In this document: piece by piece, positions 13,405 through 22,785 of the stretch
Position numbering within the stretch: position 1 is the first letter of the stretch
Layout: each line of letters starts with the position of its first letter
Source: Camelus ferus
Lineage: Eukaryota
NCBI RefSeq assembly: GCF_009834535.1
Contig: NC_045716.1
Coordinates: forward strand, 22,816,001 to 22,880,000
Length of the DNA: 64,000 nt
Direction of reading: 5' to 3'
Position numbers and translations under genes: made by a program
The notes under the pieces: model-generated
What the model saw: the letters and a program-made list of their open reading frames with translations, nothing else
The model's database searches: none
What the model was told of the DNA's origin: nothing

Positions 13405-16400
13405 GCCATACCCTAGATCCCCAGCTCCCTCATGCTCTCATCTTCTGGCTCTTGGATTACTGGTGACCCCACTTTTCAGTCCCCTTAGAGTCAGGTTTCT
13501 AAACTCCAGTCCCTCAATCCCTGTCTCAGACCCCTCCCCCTTTGTATGTCTCCGGATGTTATCCAAACCTTTGAGTCCTCCAGGTAGCCCCTCAGTTGTG
13601 CGAGCCCCTCATCTCCAAATCCACATGAACCCTTCCCTATTTCCTTCTCCGCTCCTCTTCCCCCATCCCTATCCACCTAGGATTCCTGATCCTGTATCCC
13701 CTTTTCCCTGAATATGTCTTCCAATTCTTCTGGCCTCTTTCTGTCCCACTGAGTTGCAAACTCTCCCATCACATTCCCACCTTACCATCTACTTTCCAGC
13801 CTCCATGCCCCTCAACTTAATTGGGGGTTGGGGAGGATGGAACAGAGAGGCTGGTTGTGTTGTGTTGGACTGTGATCATGAATATGCAGTCAGCCTGGTG
13901 AGGAAGGTGGGAGTGAGGGGACTTCTGGGGTCTCTGAGTCAGCCTGGTGACTCAGCCTCCTCCCTGGGGCTCCCAACAGGCTCGGGGGAGGTGCACAAGT
14001 TTCCACTAAGAACATTGTCCCCCCTCCTCCCTCTCATCTTTCCTAATCTCCTCTGGCCTGGGAAATAAGACAAAGAGAGTCTCCAGACAATTCTGGTTAG
14101 AAAGAGGATGGGAAAATGCCCCTCTCGCTGAATTCAGTCTCAGGGGGAATCTTGTTTGGCCTCAAACTTGGTTTCAAGCCTGGCCTACTAGTTAATTCAC
14201 ATAGACTGGCATCAGCTACCTTTTACCTCGCTCTTGATCTTTACCCTGTAGGGCCAGGAGGGTGGGTGGGAAAACCTAGAGCAGAGGGTTCTAAGAAAAC
14301 AGAAGAGAAAAGGAATCTGAAAGTAATACTTTGGGGGAGACATTGAATTGAGAGGGTTGTCAGCTGGCATGGCTGAGTGAATCCAAGAAGTTGCCTTAAA
14401 GGCCTTGAACCTTCCTGCAGAATTTTCATCATCATCTTCCCCACGAAATCCATAAAATATAAGTAAAAACAATATGCTTGCTATACAAATACAGCTTTGA
14501 GAAAATCCTCCTAGTTTTACCGTTCCAATATGATTGCTTCCCAGGTGCGTCCCCTGCAGAATCTCTGCCACTGCTCCATTCCTGTCTCTCTCAGCACACG
14601 CTTTCACATGCACGTACATACACGTCTCAGTCTCAGTGTCCACTCTCCACCCCTAGGAATTGATTTCAAGATCCGCACTGTGGATATAGATGGGAAGAAG
14701 ATCAAACTGCAAGTCTGGTGAGTGAATCCCCAAGGATTCCTAAACCAGGCTTCCTCATTTACTTCCTGTAGCCCTTTCTCTTCTATTTTGCCTCATTTTT
14801 CTCCCTTTCCCCATTGCTCCTTCCAGCACTTTTTCTAATCCATTTCTGTCACCTCACTCAGATGTCCTTTTGTCTCTCTTCCTGCTTTTCCTGCTTGCTC
14901 AACTATTTTCAGCTTTTTTATATATATATATATATAATTCTCGTGCTTCTCCCGGCTCTAGAGCATTCTCTGAACTTGGCAACAATTGGCTGTTGAGCTG
15001 CAGTGTGGAAACAAGCTCTATACAGTTGAATAGCAAGTAGCAGAATTAAGCCTTGACTCTAAGTCTGGTGCTCCTGTTAAATTACAGAGAGCTCAGAAAG
15101 CCAAGTGTAAAAGTTTGACCTGACTTGAGGAAGCTGCAACCCTGACGGTGTTAAATGGTAAGAGGCTTAATGGAGGCATTATGATACGATAAGAGCAGAA
15201 TGTGGTTCAATCCTGGTTCTTTTACAGTATGACCTTCGTTAGTTATTTGGCCTCTCCAAATCTGTTTCCTCATTTGTAAAATAGAGACAGTAAAACATGT
15301 CTCACAAGGATAGAGTGAAGATTAGGTAAAATGACACAAATAAGATGATACATACACAGTGCTTAGCACAGAATAAACAATGAATAAAACAGAAAGGTCT
15401 TGTTTCTTAGGCTTCAGCCATCTCTCAGTATCAGCCCAGCTATCTTCCATCCCTTTTCTCCTTTTCTGTTTCCTTTCAGCACCCCTTGTTGCAAAAGCTA
15501 AATTCTTAGGACGTGGGGGCGGGATTCTCTATTTCAAGAGCTCTTCCCTCTATCCCACCCCATGAAATATTCCACCTCTTCAGGGACACAGCTGGCCAAG
15601 AGCGATTCAAGACGATAACTACTGCCTATTACCGTGGAGCCATGGTATGAAGTGTGGTTCTGGACAAGGGAGGAGGCATGAGGCAATAGAACATATGAAT
15701 ACAGAGGGGCAGGAGTTGGGGCAGAGAAGAACGGGGAAAGGCACAGTATGGGTTGCAGAAGGCCCCATATGGCCTAGCGTTAGACTTGTGGATAGAATTT
15801 GCAGGGTCACTTAGAGGGCAGTAGGAAGCCTAAACAGGGGAAGAAGTGAACTTTGCCACTTTCCAGGGCATTATCCTGGTATATGACATCACAGATGAGA
15901 AATCTTTCGAGAATATTCAGAACTGGATGAAGAGCATCAAAGAGGTGAGGACCCTCCCAGAGAGATGGGGGAATTGGGTAGAACCTGGAGGATGAAGCAG
16001 ACTGTGAAAATGAGCAGGACCCAACTTTTACTCGTCCGTCTTACCCTTTTGCTCCCAGAATGCCTCTGCTGGGGTTGAGCGCCTCTTACTGGGGAACAAG
16101 TGTGACATGGAGGCCAAGAGGAAAGTACAGAAGGAGCAGGCCAATAAGGTAAGAGCCGGCTGGGCAACGTTCCAGCACTGGGCCGGGAGGGCCAGGATGA
16201 GGCCGGACTGCAGAGGGCTTGGCTGCTGCCCTTCATCCAACTCTCTTCCTCCCACTTCACCCCCTGCAGTTGGCTCAGGAGCATGGAATCCGATTTTTTG
16301 AGACAAGTGCCAAATCTAGTATGAACGTAGATGAGGTGAGACCTACCCACCCCCACTCCTCAAAGAGATAAAGTATTGGAAGACAGGCTTATCCTCCCCT

Positions 16401-16690
16401 CCAACCTCTTCTGACCAGTCTCTCCTTTCCCCATTAGGCTTTCAGTTCCCTGGCCCGGGACATCTTGCTCAAGTCAGGAAGCCGCAGATCGGTGAGTTAG
16501 TTGGATTTGCTGGGCTAAGTACAAGTGTGTGTTGGGAGCAAAAACTGACATTTATGGCCCCAGATCCCAGCCAGCCATTCTCACCTTGACCCCTGTACCC
16601 TTCTCCCTCTAGGGAAACAGCAACAAGCCCTCCAGCACTGACCTGAAAACTTGTGACAAGAAGAACACCAACAAGTGCTCCCTGGGCTGA
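13240..16690 (+). CDS. RAB13: Ras-related protein Rab-13 (first coding exon hidden in N-gap 13240-13404)
   Basis: Visible exons 14657-14717, 15584-15644, 15867-15944, 16059-16148, 16270-16335, 16438-16491, 16613-16690. They encode [40 protein letters not shown]...GNKCD...ETSAK...NKCSLG* (G3, G4, G5 motifs and C-terminal prenylation motif). The start coordinate is inferred to lie in the gap. Confidence 0.95.
14918..14936. repeat. (TA)n microsatellite
   Basis: TATATATATATATATATA in RAB13 intron. Confidence 0.9.
15180..15380 (+). mobile_element. MIR SINE
   Basis: MIR core GGTTCAATCCTGG...TGACCTT...GTTTCCTCATTTGTAAAAT...GTGCTTAGCACAG. Confidence 0.7.
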
Positions 16691-16809
16691 GGACCCGTTT
16701 CTCCCTCCCCACCCTAAGCCTGGAGGCGGAACATGAGGGAGGCAGGGCTGAGAGGCTGGGCAGGGGAGAAATAGCAAGTGGGGCTTGGAGGGATAGAGAC
16801 AGGCAGATG

Positions 16810-16965
16810 GTGGAAGAGTGGGGAGGAAATGGAGACAAAAAAAGGAAGGAGAGAAAAGGAAAGAGGAAAAGGAGGTAGAATAGAGAAGGAAGGAGAAGAA
16901 AGAAGGAAAAGAATAGAGGAAGTGAAAGGTGAGGAGATAGGAAGAGAGGGAGAAGGAAAGAAAGA
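16810..16965 (+). repeat. GA-rich low-complexity tract in RAB13 3'UTR
   Basis: About 150 nt, almost purely G/A, with repeated GGAAGGA/AGAAGGA units. Confidence 0.9.
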
Positions 16966-17016
16966 TGGCCCTAGGCCTCAGGCCTTTTCTGGGTTTCCAG
17001 GGCAAACATAAATGTA

Positions 17017-17022
17017 AATAAA
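17017..17022 (+). terminator. RAB13 poly(A) signal AATAAA
   Basis: AATAAA about 330 nt after the stop, followed by a T/GT-rich tract. Confidence 0.8.
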
Positions 17023-19139
17023 TAATTGATTTATTCTGTTACTGAATCAGGCTTTAGGGTCCTGAGAGAGGCTGGCTCAGCACCACCCTCTGAAGGTTTG
17101 GTCCTATCCTGTCACTCTGCATGGTCTTTCTCAGTATTAAAGGCCACCATTTGCACGAATGTCCCTGGTTTGGGTAACTGTCATCATTGTCAGAATTGCT
17201 CTCTACTCATAAACCTAATTCTTGCCTCTCTAAGGTGGTTGATCTGCCTGAATCTGGTCCTGTTATGCCAAGACCCTTCCTACAGCTCTCCCTTCCCCAG
17301 ATGTTTAATTGGTGAGGAAAAGCAAGGAACAGAGTTTCTCTGAAACTGAAGGTCTGGACATCCTTTCTCCAGCATGGGGTTTAGAATATCCTTGTGTGGG
17401 CAGTCTTGTCCAGGAGATTCCAAAAGAGAAGGGCTCTTTACTGGGCCTCCCCAGGGGAGTGACAACCCTAGCCTCAGGGAAATAGTAGAACCAGTATTTT
17501 TTCTCCAGTGATTTCTGCAGGCACCTCTGATTCTGCCAGCAATCCCTTTAGGTAACTAGTGGCATTACTATCTGCTTTTATAGATGAGGAAAACGAGACA
17601 CAGAATAAGTTGATTTAATCATAAATATTGACTGAGCATCTACTACATGCCAAGCACAACGGTCAAGTTAATGTTCTATAACCTCTGGGTGGTACTTACA
17701 AGAAGAGGGACTAGTAAAATTCAACAAAAACAGTTCCTAACTACTGAATAACAAAGAGGCAAAACTACTGGCATGCAACAGAACCACCAACAAAAAACTC
17801 AGGCTTGATACACAGTCCCCTTAAGTATACGCAGCCCCCATTCGCCCTTACACAACGTGTTTTAAACAGTAAAATTATCTCACAGACTTGATCTTGTGTC
17901 AGGATAATGAAAATGTCAGATTTGGTTTAGACAAAAAAAATTACTTTTATTCATGGATATGATGTTCAAGGCATTTAAAAAATCCCCAAGCCTTCAGTGT
18001 GGAAGGCACAACCTTCATCATCAGCAAAGCCTTTTTGTTTTTGTGCTGCTGTTTCTGTTGGTAAAAGACAACACTCAGCAAAAAAGTGACAGTGCCAGGA
18101 GAAGGACTCAGAAAATAATTTGATAAATGTATTAAGTATCTAAGCTTTGATGGGGTAAGGATCCTTATCTATGGCTTATGTTTGAGCTCTGTAGTCAACT
18201 GCCCAGCTAGTTTAATTTGCTCAACAGATGAGGAAAGACTTGCATTTTGTGAATCCAGGAAGAAGATTGACATCTTTGTCATACCTCAGAGCAGATATTT
18301 TAAAGTCCAGTTTGAGCATAGAGATCTTATTCAGTTGCTTGGTATGGCTATGGGAAGTGAGATCTTACAAGATCTCAGTTTGTCATAAGACATAGTAGGA
18401 ATGGGAAAGGAGTAACAGAATACTAGACTTCGGCCAAAACTCTTATAGCTAAAAGGTACTGGAAAAAAAGTCATACCCTACTTTCTATAACATAAAACTA
18501 TTGACACACACAGACAAATAATAAAGGAACAAATACATAGTTTCAAGCAAAATTAAAGCTCAGCCCTCACTAGGTGTTGGGTTTTTCTTTTTCAACTCTC
18601 ACCCAATGATCTTTGTAGCCTGACAGTTCCTGCTTTTGAGAAGCCAGGTTAAAGTCTGATAGGAAGACAGAATTCATGGGATGTAGCATCAGACATACTG
18701 TTAATCTCAAAATAGTGTGTTCTAGCCCTTAAGGCTGGAGGGGAGGGGAGTAGGCTATGTTTTTTAGCCTGGAAAGACTTGTTGGGAGAGGAGAATGTGG
18801 AGCAGAGTTAACAAGGAAAAAGTATGGGGATAAATGCTTTGATTTTGAGAGGTGGGATATAGATTAATTAATAAAATTAACTAATAGTGCCTAGATTTAT
18901 ATGAAGTTTATTTTTAAATACCTCTTACGTATCTACTGAGCAACCAAGAAAACTAAACTCATATGGTCCAGTTGTCTGGGAGACAGCAGAAATACATATA
19001 TGTAAAACTAGGAGGAAAATTCTGGCAGAATTAAGATAGTGACTGATATGTTACCAGACAGTAAAGCATTAACCTAGAATGTGGGTCAGATCACTGCAGT
19101 TCTAGATGTATGTTAAGGTTTGACTCCCTGGGGAAAGCA

Positions 19140-19320
19140 GGCACAAGTCTGAAGCCTGGGAGGTGAAAGTCTAGGTTTACGCCTCAGCTTTCCTACTAGC
19201 TCTGACCTTGGACAAGTGACACACACTGAGTTTATTCACAAAAAGGGATAATAACCAACTGACTCCTCAGGATTACTGAGAATCAAAAGGAGCTAAATGC
19301 TGAATTCAAAAAGTATGATA
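19140..19320 (+). mobile_element. MIR SINE
   Basis: ACTAGCTCTGACCTTGGACAAGT...AAAAGGGATAATAA core. Confidence 0.55.
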
Positions 19321-19949
19321 GAAATGTTGTGAGGCAACATAGAAGAGGATAAATTATTAGAATTAGAAGAGGATAAAATATTTTCATAGACATTTCATTT
19401 GCACCTTGCAAAAAAAAAAAAAAACCCAACAAAACCTAGAAAATGCATATTAGCATTTCCATTTTATACAGAACACTGAGAGCCAGATACCATTCTAAAG
19501 TTATGTTGCTAATAAGCACCAGAACCTAGACTCAACACTTCTTGGGAGTTCAAATCTCATGCTCTTACTGCACTATGTAGGAGCAAGGGAGCTGAAAACA
19601 TTTGAGGAAGTCATTCAAAGGTCCGGCTCTGGAGAGTGATTTAGCAATTAATATCAGAGAAGGTGATATCTGAATAGAGCTGAGTGGGAGCCCAGAGACA
19701 GGAAAAGGCTTCACGTTCATCGCTGGTCTCGGGCATTCCTGGCCCCAGAGAGAAGAGAAAGTGCAGTTTCGCCTCCGTTCCTGGACGGCCAACTCAGCTT
19801 CTCCCCTTGACTGTAAAGGGTAAGGAGGTCAAAATCTGATGCTGAATGGTGAATCCCAAGGTTTTAAGGGGGGAAGAAAGCCCCGAGAGGGTGACGCATT
19901 GTTCCTTTTTGTGTCTCGCTGTTCACCTAGCGCCGAGGGGTTAACAGGC

Positions 19950-20830
19950 AACAGCGCAGGGAGTAAGGAACCGAGAACGCCCACAAGCCGCACCACCGCC
20001 ATTTCCTCTGTTCCCTCAAAAGATTCAAGACTACCAGGACCATAGTGCAACCGCGTGTGTGCCCCGTCAATACGTCGCATCTCGCTGCTCGGATGCCGTG
20101 AGATCCAATTCCCAGGGAGCAGCGGGCGCGGCGCCACCAACCTCGAAAGACTACAAAGCCCATCAAGCAACTCGCGGACCTCCGCCTCCGACGACTGGCC
20201 GAAAACCGACCGGCACCCAGGATCCTCCGCGGGGCAAGATGGCCACGCCGGGAGCGGAAGCGGAGCCGACAGGGTGCTAGGCCCTACGCCTCCTCGTTCT
20301 TTCCTGAGGAACTTACGGGTCCGAGGAGGGAAACTCACGGACCTGTCAGGCAAATGCGTATTGCCTTTTCTCGCCGTGGCCATGGGGCCGTCCTGATAGA
20401 GCCTTGGAACTGACAGGCAACCATAGCATTTCGCAGTCCCGACTTGGAACCTCCCCAGGACTGCAGAGTAAGCGCCGCCTCTGCGTTCCGACAGAGGCAC
20501 GAGGCCAGTCAAGCAGGTCCCTCTGTCCCGACAGGTGCGACACTGAGCACTCCATGCCTGCGGGCGCGGGGAGGCATGGCCCCCCCCAGGGCCGCCACCT
20601 CTGCTGGTTGCTCTGCGCTTTCACTTTAAAGCTCTGGTAAGGAGGGGCTGAGGACTGGGAAAAGGAGGGGACTGGAGGATCGGATCGTTCCCGCCCCCCA
20701 GGTTGAGGGAGACCGTGTCCCGGGGCCGCGGAGGTGGGCGGTTCACTGTATTCTGGCTTCTGACTTTTGCCCCTTTCCCTCCCTCACCCGCTGCAGCCAA
20801 GCAGAGGCTCCCGTGCGGGAGGAGAAGCTG
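19950..20830 (+). promoter_or_regulatory. JTB CpG-island promoter
   Basis: High CpG density; ZNF143/Staf-like motifs at 20029-20055 (GACTACCAGGACCATAGTGCAACCGCG) and 20149-20168 (GACTACAAAGCCCATCAAGC); YY1 AAGATGGC at 20236-20243. Confidence 0.75.
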
Positions 20831-22216
20831 TCAGGTGGGTGATGGGTCTGGGAACCCGATGCCCCTATTTTTTTTTGTTGTTGTTGTTACTACCTTCTCC
20901 CATGTGTCAACAGCACAGGTGGAAAAGGGCGGCATCACTTGGAATGAGGGCGTTCAGCTGGGCTGGGAAGTTGATGAGCAGAACTTTGCGGAGAAGTGTT
21001 TTCTGAATGAAACCTGCGGCTTGCATTTCTCTCCCTTTTTAGTGAGCACCTCAAATTTGCCGTGCTGGCTGGTGGAAGAATTTGTGGTGGCAGAAGAGTG
21101 TGCTCCGTGTTCTAACTTCCAGGCTGTGAGTATCTGTCTTCTCTCCCCTTTTCCTCCCTAAGTCTTAACTAAGAGTGCTTTTACATTGTCTTTTTGTCCT
21201 TTTCCTTGTGTTTTTGTCTTTGGCCTTTCCTACTAAGGCCAAACCTGAATTTGTCTTTTCCCCTGAACACGTGCCCTTTCCTTTCCAAGTTAATGGCAAC
21301 ATTCAGCTAATAACCGTGTTCGGTTCATTTTTAATCCAGTAAACTCCGGAACCTGCCCTCACCTCCCCTAGACTATTGTTCCTGAAGTGTTCTCATTAAC
21401 ACATATTCCGCATCATGCAACCACTGCCTCATCCTTGCCATCAGAACTCTTCAGTAGTTCTCCGTTGCCTACCAGCTCTGAGCCATAGCACTTGAGCACC
21501 TGCTCATTCTGAATGGCAGCGTTTCTGCTTCTATTGCCCCTTCCTAACATGTGCTTTGGTCCTTTTCTCCTGTCAGAAAACCACCCCTGAGTGTGGTTCC
21601 ACAGGGTATGTGGAGAAAATCACATGCAGCTCATCTAAGAGGAACGAGTTCAAAAGGTAAGTGCTGTCTTGAAACCTCCTAGATCGTCTCCTTTGCTCCT
21701 ATGACTTTATGTAGATAGTCCCACCTCTTCCTCTTTGTCTAGGGGCAACAGGGCATATTTGGAAAAGGAAGGGGATTTGGAGCCAAATGACTTCAACCCA
21801 AGTCCCACCTTTATTCTTCAGCACTATATTCTTGGCCATATTTGTTCATCAGCAAAATTGGTTAATACCAGCTCTGTTTATCTCACCAAAAAATAAATTA
21901 CATATTTGAGGGGGATTAAGATACTGTAAACACCTTAGAAGACTGACTGGTTTCCTCTTTTCCCTTCAGATATGTCTTGGTTAGGATGAAGCAGGAGGGA
22001 GATTAAAGGTAGAGGCTGTCTGGCCTTCCCTGGAAATAACTGTTTCTTCTTGCCCTCAGCTGCCGTTCAGCTCTGATGGAACAACACTTATTCTGGAAAT
22101 TTGAAGGGGCTGTTGTGAGTGTGGCCTTGGTCTTTGCTTGCCTTGTCATCGTTCGTCACCGACAGCTGGACAGAAAGGCTCTGGAAAAGGTCCGGAAGCA
22201 AATTGAGTCCATATAG
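20554..22216 (+). CDS. JTB: Jumping translocation breakpoint protein (146 aa)
   Basis: Exons 20554-20636, 20797-20834, 21043-21125, 21577-21656, 22060-22216 sum to 441 nt. MPAGAGRHGPPQGRHLCWLLCAFTLKLCQAEAP...CWLVEEFVVAEECAPCSNF...CGSTGYVEKITC...FWKFEGAVVSVALVFACLVIV...KVRKQIESI*. Confidence 0.97.
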
Positions 22217-22361
22217 CTACCTTCTCCCCTTTTATGGGGTCTTAGAGACCCTATTGCAGACAGAGAAAGTGGAACGGACTGACTCATGCCCCTGGTTCTC
22301 TGGAACCTTATGGTGGCACCCCCTTTCTCCCATCTTCCTCATCTAAATCACTAATGAGTGG

Positions 22362-22367
22362 AATAAA
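22362..22367 (+). terminator. JTB proximal poly(A) signal
   Basis: AATAAA 145 nt after the stop; a second AATAAA lies at 22592-22597. Confidence 0.7.
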
Positions 22368-22539
22368 AAGTAGAATCATTTCCTTCCCTACTGTAATTGG
22401 ATTTGGAGCAGGAAGTCATGGGGGTAGAGAGGAAAAGGGGTGGCAACTTCAGGCTCCAGTTTACCAAGTATCTATCTTCCCTGTCTTCTACTACTTACTT
22501 AAAACTTCCAGGATACAATTTCAGCAAAAAAACAAAAAG

Positions 22540-22545
22540 TTTATT
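22540..22545 (-). terminator. CREB3L4 poly(A) signal
   Basis: TTTATT on the + strand, about 240 nt past the stop. Confidence 0.75.
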
Positions 22546-22785
22546 TCTCAGCCAAAAGGTCTGTTTCCCCTTAACCCTATCTCCAAAGAAGAAATAAAAC
22601 CACAGATACATAACAAAAGTATTTGAGGTACCCCCTCACATAGGCAGACTGAGCTCAGACGTCTAGAGTATCCTGAGCCCTGAGGCCAGAGAACCCTGAA
22701 TGGGAATTCCAGGTGGGAAGCAGGACCACAGCGGAGCCCTGAATTCCTTATTGTGAATGGGAAGTGGGCCAGGAAGTGTTACAGC

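Noticed and set aside
12954-13466. ORFs containing X runs (also at 37755, 47620, 49128, 53530)
   Set aside because: Their length is inflated by translating through N-gaps.
17985-18030. C/D-box snoRNA (minus strand ATGATGA...CTGA)
   Set aside because: Only about 20 nt separate the boxes, there is no terminal stem, and it is not in an intron.
20342-20417. Inverted repeat CCTGTCAG/CTGACAGG with inner GGCAA/TTGCC hairpin
   Set aside because: Short stems expected by chance in GC-rich DNA; no RNA family recognised.
19829-20512. 227-aa minus-strand ORF over the JTB promoter
   Set aside because: It starts at a non-ATG codon, lies in a CpG island where stops are rare, and has a Pro/Arg/Gly/Ser-rich composition with no recognisable domain.
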